This document shows, one piece after another, positions 40,072 to 51,035 of a stretch of DNA of 64,000 bases. Numbering within the stretch: position 1 is the first letter of the stretch; every line of letters starts with the position of its first letter. The stretch lies in NCBI GenBank assembly GCA_019057815.1, contig JAHLWR010000001.1:96001-160000 (forward strand), in the 5' to 3' direction. Position numbers and translations under genes: made by a program. A model generated the notes under the pieces. That model was not told the origin of the DNA, searched no databases, and saw nothing but the letters and a program-made list of their open reading frames with translations. This DNA comes from Candidatus Heimdallarchaeota archaeon. GTDB taxonomy: Archaea; Asgardarchaeota; Heimdallarchaeia; Heimdallarchaeales; Heimdallarchaeaceae.

Positions 40072-41454
40072 TTGAGTGATTATTCTCACCCCTATCTCGC
40101 AAATTGTGCTACTGATATTGAAGAAATGTTAAAAGAACTCGGTATTAGTAGCATAGACGAACTCTTTTCGGATATTCCTGAAGAAATACGTTTTAAAGGA
40201 GAATTGAAAATCCCACATTATCCAAGCGAAATGGAAGTTAAAGAACACGTAGAGGATTTGCTAAGCAAGAATAAAACAACAAGAGAAATTAGATCATTCT
40301 TAGGTGGAGGAGTTTTAGACATTTACATACCAGCAGCGCAAGATGAACTACTGAGAAGAACAGAGTTTTACAGCGCGTACACCCCTTACCAACCAGAAAC
40401 ATCTCAAGGTACGCTTCATACTCTTTTTGAATTTCAAAGTATGTTATGCGAATTATTGTCTATGGATACTACCAACTGTTCTATGTATGATTGGGCTACT
40501 GCTCTTGGTGAAGCTGCTAATATGACTGTTCGTTTGGCAAAGAAGAAGTTCACTTTCCTTTATACTGGCGCTATTGCACCTAATCGACTTGAAGTTCTAA
40601 AAACCTATGTTATTGGTTCTAATGTAACCTTGGTTGAAGTTCCTTATGATACAACAACCGGAAAAATGGACGTTACTAAAGCTATTGAACTTATGACAGA
40701 AGATGTCGCAGGAATCTACTTTGAAAATCCAAACTACTTTGGTGTTATTGAAGATAATATCAAACCAATAATAGAAGCAGCAAAAGAAAGAAACGTTATG
40801 GTTGTTGCAGGCGTAGATCTTAGTTCTCTTGGTCTTATAGAAGGACCTGGTGATTATGATGTCGATATAGCAATTGGTGATGCACAATGTGTTGGCGGCG
40901 GACCAATGAATTTTGGTGGGCCAATGACTGGTGTCTTTTCTATGAAATTCGACAGAAAATGGACCAGACAAATGCCTGGAAGATTAGTAGGTATAACTTT
41001 AACTCCTGAAGAAGGAAAATGGGCTTTTACTAACACTTTGCAAACAAGAGAACAACACATTAAGAGACACAGAGCAACCAGTAACATCTGCACTAATGAA
41101 GCTTTAACTGCTATGAGTGTTGCGTTTCATCTTGCCCTTCTAGGTCCTCAAGGAATCACAGAAACAGGAGAGTCAATGTACTATAATGCTCACTATCTTA
41201 AGGCAGAACTCGAAAAAATTGGTGTAAAACCCGTTTTCAATGGTGAGTTCTTTAACGCATTTACGGTTGATTTAAAGATTCCAAAAGACAAGAAGAAAGA
41301 GTTTACTACTTTCATGCTTGGAAGAAAAATCTTTGCTGGTATTCCTTATTCATTTGATGGAGAAAACTACGACTATTTAGTAACTACCTCTTACTTGCTG
41401 AGGAAGAAAGATCTTGATGATTTTGTCAAGGCAATTGAAGAATGGAGGAAATGA
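40072..41454 (+). CDS. gcvPA: Glycine dehydrogenase subunit 1
   Basis: AYTPYQPETSQG, SMYD, MPGRLVG, LQTREQHI, ATSNICTN. Confidence 0.96.
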   Translation: MSDYSHPYLANCATDIEEMLKELGISSIDELFSDIPEEIRFKGELKIPHYPSEMEVKEHVEDLLSKNKTTREIRSFLGGGVLDIYIPAAQDELLRRTEFYSAYTPYQPETSQGTLHTLFEFQSMLCELLSMDTTNCSMYDWATALGEAANMTVRLAKKKFTFLYTGAIAPNRLEVLKTYVIGSNVTLVEVPYDTTTGKMDVTKAIELMTEDVAGIYFENPNYFGVIEDNIKPIIEAAKERNVMVVAGVDLSSLGLIEGPGDYDVDIAIGDAQCVGGGPMNFGGPMTGVFSMKFDRKWTRQMPGRLVGITLTPEEGKWAFTNTLQTREQHIKRHRATSNICTNEALTAMSVAFHLALLGPQGITETGESMYYNAHYLKAELEKIGVKPVFNGEFFNAFTVDLKIPKDKKKEFTTFMLGRKIFAGIPYSFDGENYDYLVTTSYLLRKKDLDDFVKAIEEWRK

Positions 41455-42995
41455 AAATGTACAGACAAGCAATCTATGATGAACCACTGATTTATGATTT
41501 GGGCAAAAAAGGAAGAAGAGCCCATTTACCTCTAAAAACAGATGTTTCACCCATAGATATTAACATTCCAGAGAGCATGAAAAGAAAAGAAGCACCAGAA
41601 CTCCCCGAACTACACGAAGGAGAAGTTATGAGACATTACCTTCATCTCGCTCAAATGAATTACTGTGTTGACTCGGGTATCTACCCTCTTGGTTCTTGCA
41701 CAATGAAATATAATCCAAAAATCAACGAAGCACTAGCTAGAGCGGAAGGGTTAGCTTATACTCATCCATATCAACCTGTAGAGACAATTCAAGGGACACT
41801 AGAAATGATGTATGAGTTACAAAAGGCTCTCACTGAATTAGCAGGATTACCATATTGTTCACTTCAACCTCCGGCTGGAGCAGCTGGTGAATATACTGGA
41901 TTGGGCTTGATTAGAGCTTATCATCAAGACAAAGGAGATTTTGACAGAGATGAAATTGTAACTCCAGATTCAAGTCACGGAACGAATCCAGCAAGTACTG
42001 TGATGAACGGCTACAAGATTATAGAAATCAAATCAAATGAAAATGGTCAAGTTGATCTTGATGCTCTTCGTGCAGCAGTTTCGGAAAAGACAGCTGGATT
42101 TATGATTACAAATCCAAACACACTTGGGATTTTTGAATCTGATATTTGTGAAATTGCTGAAATAGTTCACGAATCTGGTGGTTTACTCTATTATGACGGT
42201 GCTAACTTCAACGCAATTATTGGAATAATCAGACCAGGTGAAATGGGATTTGATGTTTTGCATTATAACTTACACAAAACATTCTCAACTCCACATGGTG
42301 GTGGTGGTCCCGGAGCAGGTCCAGTTTGTTGTTCCGAGAGGTTAAAAGAGTTCTTACCTGTACCAACAGTCGAGTATGAAGAAGAAAAAGACTTCTATTA
42401 TTTAAACTACGATTTACCAAAAACTATTGGTAAAGTTCATGGTTACTATGGCAATACTGGTATCGCACTTCGAGGTTATGCATATATTTGTGCTCTTGGT
42501 GCTAAAGGGTTAATCCATACTTCTGAACAAGCAGTATTAGTTGCTAATTATGTCATGAGAAAAGTCGAAGCTATCGATGGTTTAAGACTTAGATTCAACA
42601 GAAATCTTCCAAGAAAACACGAGTGTGTTATTGACGCATCACCACTAAAACACCAAATTGGTGTTGGGGCTATGGACATAGCTAAAATGTTGATCAGCAG
42701 AGGAAAACATGCTCCAACCGTGCTATTTCCACTTATTGTACATGAGGCTTTAATGATTGAACCGACAGAAAATGAAAATAAAGAAAGTATAGATCAGTTT
42801 GTTCAAGTCCTTAAAGAAGAAATCGATAAAGCACGAGACAACCCCGATTATGCACATGATGCGCCTTACTGGACATCTGTTGGTAGAGTAGATGATTCTT
42901 GGGCTGTTAAGAATTTAATCCTAAGCTATAAGATGATCAAAAATCTTAAAACTAAAGGAGAATGGCCACCAAAATGGCCAGAAGACCATCACTAA
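41442..42995 (+). CDS. gcvPB: Glycine dehydrogenase subunit 2
   Basis: YPLGSCTMKYNP, HGTNPAS, NLHKTFSTPHGGGGPG, MIEPTE. Confidence 0.97.
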   Translation: MEEMKMYRQAIYDEPLIYDLGKKGRRAHLPLKTDVSPIDINIPESMKRKEAPELPELHEGEVMRHYLHLAQMNYCVDSGIYPLGSCTMKYNPKINEALARAEGLAYTHPYQPVETIQGTLEMMYELQKALTELAGLPYCSLQPPAGAAGEYTGLGLIRAYHQDKGDFDRDEIVTPDSSHGTNPASTVMNGYKIIEIKSNENGQVDLDALRAAVSEKTAGFMITNPNTLGIFESDICEIAEIVHESGGLLYYDGANFNAIIGIIRPGEMGFDVLHYNLHKTFSTPHGGGGPGAGPVCCSERLKEFLPVPTVEYEEEKDFYYLNYDLPKTIGKVHGYYGNTGIALRGYAYICALGAKGLIHTSEQAVLVANYVMRKVEAIDGLRLRFNRNLPRKHECVIDASPLKHQIGVGAMDIAKMLISRGKHAPTVLFPLIVHEALMIEPTENENKESIDQFVQVLKEEIDKARDNPDYAHDAPYWTSVGRVDDSWAVKNLILSYKMIKNLKTKGEWPPKWPEDHH

Positions 42996-43075
42996 ACTCT
43001 TTTTTCTTTTCTTTTATTTTTTATTAACTTGTTTGATAAAAAGAGGGGATATTGTACATGCCACGGTTCTATTAA

Positions 43076-43555
43076 TTACTTCTTCTTGCCTTTTTGAAAA
43101 TCAACGGGTGGATTAATGAAGAATGCAGCTAATAAAATGAGTGACATCCCGATTATTTCTTTTAATGTAATATCATCGACAACTAGATTAGGCATAGCTT
43201 CGCGTATCGGTTCTATAACTTGAAAGAGAAAGAACACAACAAAGAATTGAAGCACATAATAGAGGGCAATACTAATTAAAGATCCTCTTAATATGTAACG
43301 AAAGACTTTTCTATCTTTTTCACTACGAACTTTACCCAGAAGATATTCTGAAATAAGCAAAGCTACTGCACTAAGAACTATAGCCGCAAATATCGGAAAA
43401 GCGATTAATAGAGGTAGAAAACCTTCTTTATTTAATTCTACAACCTCACTTAAGAAGTATATATGTGGTATTTGAGCGAAAACTGAAATCGAAAAAAGCG
43501 CAATAACGCTAGGTACTGCTGCTTCTTTACTCCATATTCTTATTTTTGTACTCAT
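43076..43555 (-). CDS. Hypothetical 4-TM membrane protein
   Basis: Hydrophobic pattern. Confidence 0.7.
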   Translation of the reverse strand: MSTKIRIWSKEAAVPSVIALFSISVFAQIPHIYFLSEVVELNKEGFLPLLIAFPIFAAIVLSAVALLISEYLLGKVRSEKDRKVFRYILRGSLISIALYYVLQFFVVFFLFQVIEPIREAMPNLVVDDITLKEIIGMSLILLAAFFINPPVDFQKGKKK

Positions 43556-43731
43556 ACTTATCGGCCTTTGGTGTTAACTCGCTTCTTGGAACATACAAAA
43601 ACGTTTTTTTATAACTTTTTTGATGATGTGTTTTTCTTTTAACATAAGCTGTTACAATTTTTGCATAAGAATGAATAAAATAAGAATGAATAAAAAATCA
43701 TTTAAAGTAACTAAATTACTCCAATTATTTC

Positions 43732-45303
43732 TTAGTCATCATTTTCATCCATAGAATAGCCTTTTTCAATTCTAAATTCGCAGAAATTGTGCCCAGTCCC
43801 ATGACATTTTGTTTCTGTTACAATTGGAGGGTCTTTTAATATTAATGCCAATCGTCCTGCAATGTAACCAGCTTGGAAATCACATAGTGTTTCATTTAGA
43901 TTTGTTTCTGTGAGATTTGCACCAGAAGCATAAGCGCATTCATGAATTCTTATAAACATCTCGTCCTCATCTTCACCATCTACTATTTCCACAAATGAGT
44001 ACCCTCTTGTCAAATAATTAGTAGGATGAGTAAGATATTTGTAAAGAATTTCAGTAGCTTTTTTCAAAGAACCAACAGGCAAATTTTCATTTACAACCAA
44101 ATCATAGACAATATTCTTGGCTGGACCAATGACACCAAGTTCTCTACCAGCAGAATACAATAAAGCACCGCAGAATTTATCTCTAAATTTCAGACTCATT
44201 ATTTGCTGTTGAAGTAAACTAATATGCACGAATTCTTTCCCACCAGGTCGCAAAACATTTTTCATTAGTAGAGAATTGTAACCATGTTGAGTAGTTTCAT
44301 GTATAAACTCATAGAATAATTGCCTTCGAGCTTCTTCTTTTGTAAGATCTCCTAGAAATATTATCTTCTTCTCATCTTCTTTCAACTCATGTATTTTATA
44401 TGGTGCCTTACCAGGCTCTTTTCCTGGAAACACTTCAATATCAAATTCACAGTATGTATCACCTAATCCTTTACATTTTGTTTCAACAACAGTAGTTGCT
44501 GAACCTATCATTGCTTCGATAGTTCCAGCAATTTCACCGGCTGTAAAATGACATAAAGTTTCTCCAATATCAATAGCACCTGCACTATTAACTAGATCTA
44601 TGATACGTAGAGTGGCATTATATCCATCAATGTTTGCAATATCACAATGAGTTGCTTGGTAAAGAGGAACAATATCGTTATCAGTATACAGTTTAGCTAA
44701 AGCAATTAGTGCTTCTTGAAAGCGTTCCTCAGGAGTAACAGCACCAACTTTGGGATTTAAAACTGTGAGATAATAGGGTGAAGCTCCATAAATTCCTAAC
44801 TCTCGACCGCTCTGATAAAGAAGTTGGGGTATCAGTGGGTCTAGAGCCAATAAGGACATCATCACTTGCTGATAAACACTAATATGAGTATAATCCCCAA
44901 TGTTTTTACGAACTAATTCCTGAGAAATTATACTACTAATTGTATTTGTAGTAAGGATTACCATGCTTTCTTTACGTAATGTATCACGCTCTCGATTAAT
45001 AATATTGGGCAATATTTGCGACCAAAGTTTTTCACGAATTACATCTTCAGTTATCATACCTTGGGCAATTATTTCCTCATTCATCATTACAACTGGAACA
45101 GACAAAATATTGTACTTATTGGCTATTTCAAGATCTTCGTCAACGTAAATTTTACTTACATGAATCATATCTTGCATGGATGTTCCTGCAACTTGTTCGA
45201 TAACACGCTCGACCTCTGGACACCAAGTACAAGAATGAGAAGTGAAGAATAACAAACGTATTTTCTCGGTTAGGTCTTGTGTTGGTTCATCAAATGAATC
45301 CAT
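43732..45303 (-). CDS. Thioredoxin-domain protein fused to two V4R domains
   Basis: N-terminal CTWC...SVP thioredoxin fold; two V4R units ending LCHFTAGEIAG...ETKCKGLGDTYCEF and LCDFQAGYIAG...ETKCHGTGHNFCEF. Confidence 0.85.
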   Translation of the reverse strand: MDSFDEPTQDLTEKIRLLFFTSHSCTWCPEVERVIEQVAGTSMQDMIHVSKIYVDEDLEIANKYNILSVPVVMMNEEIIAQGMITEDVIREKLWSQILPNIINRERDTLRKESMVILTTNTISSIISQELVRKNIGDYTHISVYQQVMMSLLALDPLIPQLLYQSGRELGIYGASPYYLTVLNPKVGAVTPEERFQEALIALAKLYTDNDIVPLYQATHCDIANIDGYNATLRIIDLVNSAGAIDIGETLCHFTAGEIAGTIEAMIGSATTVVETKCKGLGDTYCEFDIEVFPGKEPGKAPYKIHELKEDEKKIIFLGDLTKEEARRQLFYEFIHETTQHGYNSLLMKNVLRPGGKEFVHISLLQQQIMSLKFRDKFCGALLYSAGRELGVIGPAKNIVYDLVVNENLPVGSLKKATEILYKYLTHPTNYLTRGYSFVEIVDGEDEDEMFIRIHECAYASGANLTETNLNETLCDFQAGYIAGRLALILKDPPIVTETKCHGTGHNFCEFRIEKGYSMDENDD

Positions 45304-45436
45304 TTCTATCCCTACAATGATTTAACGATTCATATTCTTCCTAAAAACCTTTTCATAACTTGATTTGAAATGTATTTTCTTAATTGAAATTAAGTTAAGT
45401 AAATAGTTATTAAACGGAGAAATACTCCATTTTCTC

Positions 45437-45733
45437 TTATTCTACTTTTTCACCACATTTACGGCAAAATTCATCTTGTTTTTCAACTTTCTTCCCGCAT
45501 TTTGGACAGTGATGAATAATCTTATCTTGTTTTTTACGTCTTCGTTCTATCACTATTTGTGCTATTGCGAATAGAGTAAGCACACAACCTACTGAAGCTA
45601 GAATAATGTACAACACTTGTGGATCTCGAACATCAATAATTCCGTAAAGACCATAGACTAATGCAGCTAAACCAAGTACTAGTTCTGTTATTATCCAAGT
45701 AATTTTATCAAATTTTGATCTTTTCTTAGTCAT
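45437..45733 (-). CDS. 2-TM protein with C-terminal zinc ribbon
   Basis: CPKCG...FCRKCG. Confidence 0.8.
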   Translation of the reverse strand: MTKKRSKFDKITWIITELVLGLAALVYGLYGIIDVRDPQVLYIILASVGCVLTLFAIAQIVIERRRKKQDKIIHHCPKCGKKVEKQDEFCRKCGEKVE

Positions 45734-45916
45734 GCTCGAATGATAAATAAGATTGAGGAATAAAAACTTTTCTTGATGCTTGAAGCTATTTTACCGGTTC
45801 AAAATAGCTTTATGAAGAACTTAGAAGCAATTCAGTCGAAAATAAGAAAAATCGTAAGTTTTATATATCGAGCTTTGGCAGAATGAACTATAAATCAATT
45901 ATTTAAGGGATTAAAA

Positions 45917-47590
45917 ATGATAGGTCAAGGGCAAATACCAGTTCTGATTTTAAAAGAAGGTACACAACGTAGTAAAGGAAAAGATGCGCAAAAGAACAAT
46001 ATTATGGCAGCAAGTATTGTAGCGGAAACAATAAAATCAACTCTAGGACCGAAAGGAATGGATAAGATGTTGGTAGATGGTTTGGGAGATATATTGATAA
46101 GCAATGACGGTGCTACAATTCTCGATGAGATTGATGTTCAACATCCAGCCGCCAAAATGATTGTTCAAGTAGCTAAAGCTCAAGATCAAGAAACGGGCGA
46201 TGGTACCACTTCCAGCGTTATTATTGCTGGTGAACTTCTCAAACTTGGTGGTGATCTTATTGATAAGAAGATTCATCCTTCTCTAATTGTTGAAGGTTAC
46301 AAAGCTGCAGCTAAAAAAGCTCAAGAAATTATTGTTGAATTATCTCAAAAGCTTGAACCATTTAGCGAAGAAAACAATCTTTTATTTAAAATCGCTGTTA
46401 CCGCACTCCATAGTAAAGCAGTTCATTCAGCTAAGGAACATATAGCATCTATCGCAGTTAAGTCTGTAGAGAATGTTTCAGACATTGAAGATGGAAACTA
46501 TACAGTCGATCTTGATAACATTAAAATCCTTCAAAAACAAGGTAAAAGTCTTGCTGATTCTGAGCTTATTGAAGGAGTTATTGTTGATAAGGAAGTTGCT
46601 CATTCAGGAATGCCAAAGAGAGTTAAAGATGCTAAAATTTTGCTTCTAAACCAAAATATTGAGGTTAGCAAAGGTGAATTTGATAAAGAAATTCGTATTT
46701 CTGACCCACTCGCAATGCAATCATTCCTTGATAATGAAGAAAATATGCTAAGAGAAATGGTTGAAAAAGTCGTAGCATTGGGAGCAAACGTAGTTGTCTG
46801 CCAGAAAGGTATTGATGATATGGCACAATATTTCATGTCTAAAGAAAAAATACTCGCTGTTCGTCGAGTTAAGAAATCAGATATGGAAAAGATCGCCAGA
46901 GCTACAGGTGGTAAAATCATTACAAGTTTAAATGATGCAACAAAAGAAGAATTAGGATATGCTGGGATTGTTGAGGAGAAAAAGATTGGTGATGACGAAC
47001 ATGTCTTCATTAAAGAATGTAAGAATCCTAAAGCAGTCTCCATCATTCTATATGGTGCTAGCAAATATGTAACTGATGAAGCTGAAAGAGCACTACATGA
47101 TGCGTTATGCGTTGTTAGAAATGTTGTTGAGGATAAGACCTATTTACCTGGTGGTGGAGCAATTTTTACAGAACTTGCTTTGAGAATAGGTGACTATTCA
47201 GAGACATTCAAAGACAAAAAACAATTAGCAGTCAAAGCATTTGCTGATGCATTAGAAATCATTCCTTCTACCATAGCTGAAAATGGAGGTATTGATCCAC
47301 TTGATATTATTAACAAACTTAAAGCAGCTCACGCTGAAGGTAAAATCTCAGCTGCACTCAACATTTTCAAACAGGATGTAATCGTTGATGCTTTTGAAGA
47401 TGGAATTCTTGAACCTGCAAGAGTTCTTACTCAAGCTATTAAATCTGCTTCTGAGTCAGCAGTACTAATTCTTCGTATTGATGATGTCATAGTTTCAAAA
47501 TCTGAAAAACCAGCCATGCCCCCAGGTGGAATGCCAGGTGGAATGGGCGGTATGCCAGGTGGAATGGGCGGTATGCCCGGAATGATGTAA
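45917..47590 (+). CDS. ths: Thermosome (group II chaperonin) subunit
   Basis: [43 protein letters not shown] tail. Confidence 0.98.
   Translation: MIGQGQIPVLILKEGTQRSKGKDAQKNNIMAASIVAETIKSTLGPKGMDKMLVDGLGDILISNDGATILDEIDVQHPAAKMIVQVAKAQDQETGDGTTSSVIIAGELLKLGGDLIDKKIHPSLIVEGYKAAAKKAQEIIVELSQKLEPFSEENNLLFKIAVTALHSKAVHSAKEHIASIAVKSVENVSDIEDGNYTVDLDNIKILQKQGKSLADSELIEGVIVDKEVAHSGMPKRVKDAKILLLNQNIEVSKGEFDKEIRISDPLAMQSFLDNEENMLREMVEKVVALGANVVVCQKGIDDMAQYFMSKEKILAVRRVKKSDMEKIARATGGKIITSLNDATKEELGYAGIVEEKKIGDDEHVFIKECKNPKAVSIILYGASKYVTDEAERALHDALCVVRNVVEDKTYLPGGGAIFTELALRIGDYSETFKDKKQLAVKAFADALEIIPSTIAENGGIDPLDIINKLKAAHAEGKISAALNIFKQDVIVDAFEDGILEPARVLTQAIKSASESAVLILRIDDVIVSKSEKPAMPPGGMPGGMGGMPGGMGGMPGMM
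47517..47587 (+). repeat. GGM-coding tandem repeats
   Basis: atgccaggtggaatgggcggt x2 plus partial units. Confidence 0.85.
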
Positions 47591-47625
47591 TTTTTTCTTT
47601 TTTCCCTTTTCTTTTCTTATTTTTA
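47591..47625 (+). terminator. Oligo-T terminator
   Basis: T/C tract directly after the ths stop. Confidence 0.6.
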
Positions 47626-47686
47626 CAACTTAATCTAAATCACTAGCTGGAGAAAGGTCATAAGTGTCTAAGCTGTATTATGTTAT

Positions 47687-48127
47687 ATGACTACTATTGA
47701 TTCACTGAAATCACAATATTCATCAAAAAGAAAAAAGCTTTTCTTTACATTCATACTAATTGTTATATCAATCGTTATTCTATTAATCCTTAAAGAAACC
47801 AGTATTGTTGAGTGGTGGCAAATAGGAATCATAATAATGTCTCTTATACTTATTTTTGGTAGTCAAGCAACAAATTATATTTCAACTGAACAAAACTATA
47901 GAAATGCCCTTTATACTTCCAACAAAATGCTGAAAAAAGATTCCGCTTTAGATTATACCGTTTCGTCTTATTTGATGTCAAAACAAGAAAATGAAGCTCA
48001 AACCAAGAATAAAACCGAAAAAAACGAAATAAAATCCGTTTCATTCTGCATTAGTTGTGGTAGAAAGTTCGCAAAGAAATATACATTTTGCCCCTCATGT
48101 GGTAGTTGCAAAATTACATCTTACTAA
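47687..48127 (+). CDS. 2-TM protein with C-terminal zinc ribbon
   Basis: FCISCG...FCPSCG. Confidence 0.8.
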   Translation: MTTIDSLKSQYSSKRKKLFFTFILIVISIVILLILKETSIVEWWQIGIIIMSLILIFGSQATNYISTEQNYRNALYTSNKMLKKDSALDYTVSSYLMSKQENEAQTKNKTEKNEIKSVSFCISCGRKFAKKYTFCPSCGSCKITSY

Positions 48128-48182
48128 AATGCAAGAATTATCAAACGAATGGTTTTAAAGAGATTTTTTTAAATATTATTTA

Positions 48183-49517
48183 ATGCATGGTTTAATAAAA
48201 AAAATTGTTTTTGATAACAATAAATTAAGAATTATTTCTTGTTGTCATAATAATCAAAATCTTCAAACGTGTGATTATGTATCTGATGGGATTAAATTAT
48301 ATGTAGCTGAAAATGAAAAATCTAGACTTGTTCAACAAATTCTTTTCAATCCAAAAACGCTTGTCTCTATAGGAGCTAATGATGATATTATTAACATTAG
48401 AGCGTATGCTAGTATAGTTAAAAAAGATAAAATCAAAAGTGTAATTATAGAAGATTTATCAAAAAAAGAGGATATTTCGCTTAAAGCCAGCTCTAGTATT
48501 AAAATTTTAGAAATATTACCTACAGAGATATCTTATCCCAAAAATAATTGCTCACAAGTTTTTCCAGAGAATCAACCTTCTTTCTTAAAAGAACTATCAA
48601 GTACTTTCAAATCTAGCATCAAACTATGGTTAAAAGCCACAGCAGCACAATTTCTTGTTGCCTCTACATTACCAGTTATTTTTGGTTCTATATTTGCATT
48701 ATATTTCTCAGGAAGCTTTAACTGGTTATTTTTTATCCTAACATTAGTAGGAATCACGTGTATCCATGCAGGTACTAATTTAATTAATGACGCCTTTGAT
48801 GTAGAAACTGATTCCATTAATCGATATGTTACACCATTCTCAGGAGGAAGAGGGACAATTCAAGGTGGTCTTTTTTCTAGATCTAAGGTTTTCATTAGTG
48901 GAATAGTTTTCTTAATAATTGGTAGTGTAATTGGATTATACTTAAATTCCAGATTAGATAACAATATAATTTTGTATATTGGAATAGCTGGTGTAATCGT
49001 CGCTTTCTTTTATGTTATTGGACCAATAAAATTTGCTTATCGAGGAGTAGGAGAAATATTCTTGTTTATTGGCTTTGGACCATTGCTAGTTATAGGGTCA
49101 TTTTATGTTCAAACCTCAGATTTTTCATGGATATCATTTTATGTTTCTATTCCTGTTGGATTACTTGTGGTTTCTATTTTACATATCAATCAATTTCCAG
49201 ATTATGAAGCAGATAAAGAAGTTGGCAAAAATAATTGGGTAGTTTTAATGGGTAGAAGTGTTTCTAGATACGTCTATTTACTAATTATATTGGGGGTTTA
49301 CATCTCACTTGTCGTTTTGATTGTTAAAAGTGTTTTACCGCTATTGAGTCTTTTGACACTAATTGTGACACCATTAATAATTAAAGCAGTTATTATTCTA
49401 TTTAAATATTACAACAAACCATTCAGATTGATACCAGCATTAGCTCTTACAATTTTCCACATGATTTCCTTTATAATACTGCTCACAATCTCAGTTATTT
49501 TAGCATTTTATATCTGA
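48183..49517 (+). CDS. menA: MenA-like UbiA prenyltransferase with N-terminal PNPOx-like split-barrel domain
   Basis: NLINDAFD, TPFSGG, YRGVGE, INQFPDYEADKEVGK; N-terminal DGIKLYV...SRLVQQILFNPK...IRAYASIV. Confidence 0.78.
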   Translation: MHGLIKKIVFDNNKLRIISCCHNNQNLQTCDYVSDGIKLYVAENEKSRLVQQILFNPKTLVSIGANDDIINIRAYASIVKKDKIKSVIIEDLSKKEDISLKASSSIKILEILPTEISYPKNNCSQVFPENQPSFLKELSSTFKSSIKLWLKATAAQFLVASTLPVIFGSIFALYFSGSFNWLFFILTLVGITCIHAGTNLINDAFDVETDSINRYVTPFSGGRGTIQGGLFSRSKVFISGIVFLIIGSVIGLYLNSRLDNNIILYIGIAGVIVAFFYVIGPIKFAYRGVGEIFLFIGFGPLLVIGSFYVQTSDFSWISFYVSIPVGLLVVSILHINQFPDYEADKEVGKNNWVVLMGRSVSRYVYLLIILGVYISLVVLIVKSVLPLLSLLTLIVTPLIIKAVIILFKYYNKPFRLIPALALTIFHMISFIILLTISVILAFYI

Positions 49518-49547
49518 AAAAACGTATATTGGAAAAATTCCTTTAGT

Positions 49548-50831
49548 TTAGGTGGTATTTTTCACAATTTCTTTGTTTTTAACGACTAAGTTACCATTTT
49601 TAATAACATCACTTACGTGGTTTCGATCAAATTGGTAAACGAGAGAATCAATAGAAGGGACATCAAGAACGGTAATATCAGCATTCATCCCAAGATCTAG
49701 TGAACCAACTTCTTTTTCGATTTTCAGAGATTTAGCACCACCATAAGTAGCAGCTTTTAATGCTTCTTTTGGCAACATTTTCATCATAAAGCTACCTAGA
49801 GCTATTACTGTTTGCATATTTAGAACATAACAATTAGGATTGAAGTCAGTTGATAAAGCAACTGTAACTCCAGCATCTCTGAACATAGGGAAGTTTGCAT
49901 AATTATTAGACATTAATACAAAAGGAGTACCTGGCAATAAATTGGCAACAACATTTGCATCTGCCATTGCATTTGCTGAGATAGCTTCAGCTTTTAACAA
50001 GTGATCAGCTGAAACAGCTCCCATACTTGCTGCCATTATTGCAGCTCCAACATTTTCCATTTCATCAGCGTGAATACGTAAATCAAAACCATTTTCTTTA
50101 GCAGCTGTAAGAAAAGCTGTCGATTCCTCAATACTGAAAGCTCCATAATCTACCCATATGTCAACAAAATTAGCCATATCCAATCTTTTAATCTCTGGTA
50201 GGAGTTGTATCATAAGTTCTACATAATCCCAGTTATTTCCGGTGAAATCTTCCGGTTTTATATGACATCCCAAAAATGTGGGAATAATATCTATGGGATG
50301 TTTATTGTTTAATTCATTAGTTACTTTTAGTAATCTCATTTCTGATTCAGGAGTCAAACCATATCCAGTTTTAGCTTCGATTGTTGTTGTGCCATGCAAC
50401 AACATTTGATTTAACCTTTGTATTGCAAGTCTTGAAAGTTCTTCTTCTGAAGCATTACGTGTTTCTTTAACTGTATAGTTTATACCACCACCAGCTTTAG
50501 CTATTTCTAAATATGATTCGCCTTGAATTTTCATAGATAATTCATGTGATCGATTTCCTGCAAAAACAAGATGAGTATGAGAATCAACAAAACCAGAACA
50601 TACTATTTTTCTATCATTGCAATTAATTATATCATAATCACTCCTAGAATAGTCAGCAAAAATTCTTGTAGTTTCACCAATAGCTTCAATCTTTCCATCT
50701 TTTATTACAAGAGCGTCTGGCTTTTCATTAGCATAAACAGGTTCATATTTGTGAATTGGTCCTAGGAATAATTCTGCAATATCACAAATAATTATACCTT
50801 CTTTTTTGACATTCAGCATAAATCTCAACAT
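49548..50831 (-). CDS. hutI: Imidazolonepropionase
   Basis: GFVDSHTHLVFAGNRS.E, GGGI, GTTTIEAKTGYGL, IHADE, SADHL, STDFNP. Confidence 0.95.
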   Translation of the reverse strand: MLRFMLNVKKEGIIICDIAELFLGPIHKYEPVYANEKPDALVIKDGKIEAIGETTRIFADYSRSDYDIINCNDRKIVCSGFVDSHTHLVFAGNRSHELSMKIQGESYLEIAKAGGGINYTVKETRNASEEELSRLAIQRLNQMLLHGTTTIEAKTGYGLTPESEMRLLKVTNELNNKHPIDIIPTFLGCHIKPEDFTGNNWDYVELMIQLLPEIKRLDMANFVDIWVDYGAFSIEESTAFLTAAKENGFDLRIHADEMENVGAAIMAASMGAVSADHLLKAEAISANAMADANVVANLLPGTPFVLMSNNYANFPMFRDAGVTVALSTDFNPNCYVLNMQTVIALGSFMMKMLPKEALKAATYGGAKSLKIEKEVGSLDLGMNADITVLDVPSIDSLVYQFDRNHVSDVIKNGNLVVKNKEIVKNTT

Positions 50832-51035
50832 TTAGGCTAAAACATTGTTTTTAAAGTTTACTTCAATCATTGAAAATAAAAACTAGTTCCATTTTTCATT
50901 AATCGACATAATAGCTGGTACTAATATCGTTTGAATGATTAAAGTTAGTTATAGTTTATATTCTTGTCTAAAAAGAGGTAGAAGAAATGAGTAAATTCAA
51001 CACATTCCTATTCGATTTTATTACCTATACCAAAT

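Noticed and set aside
43665-43695. 15-bp tandem duplication ataagaatgaataaa
   Set aside because: Only two units in an AT-rich terminator region; probably slippage
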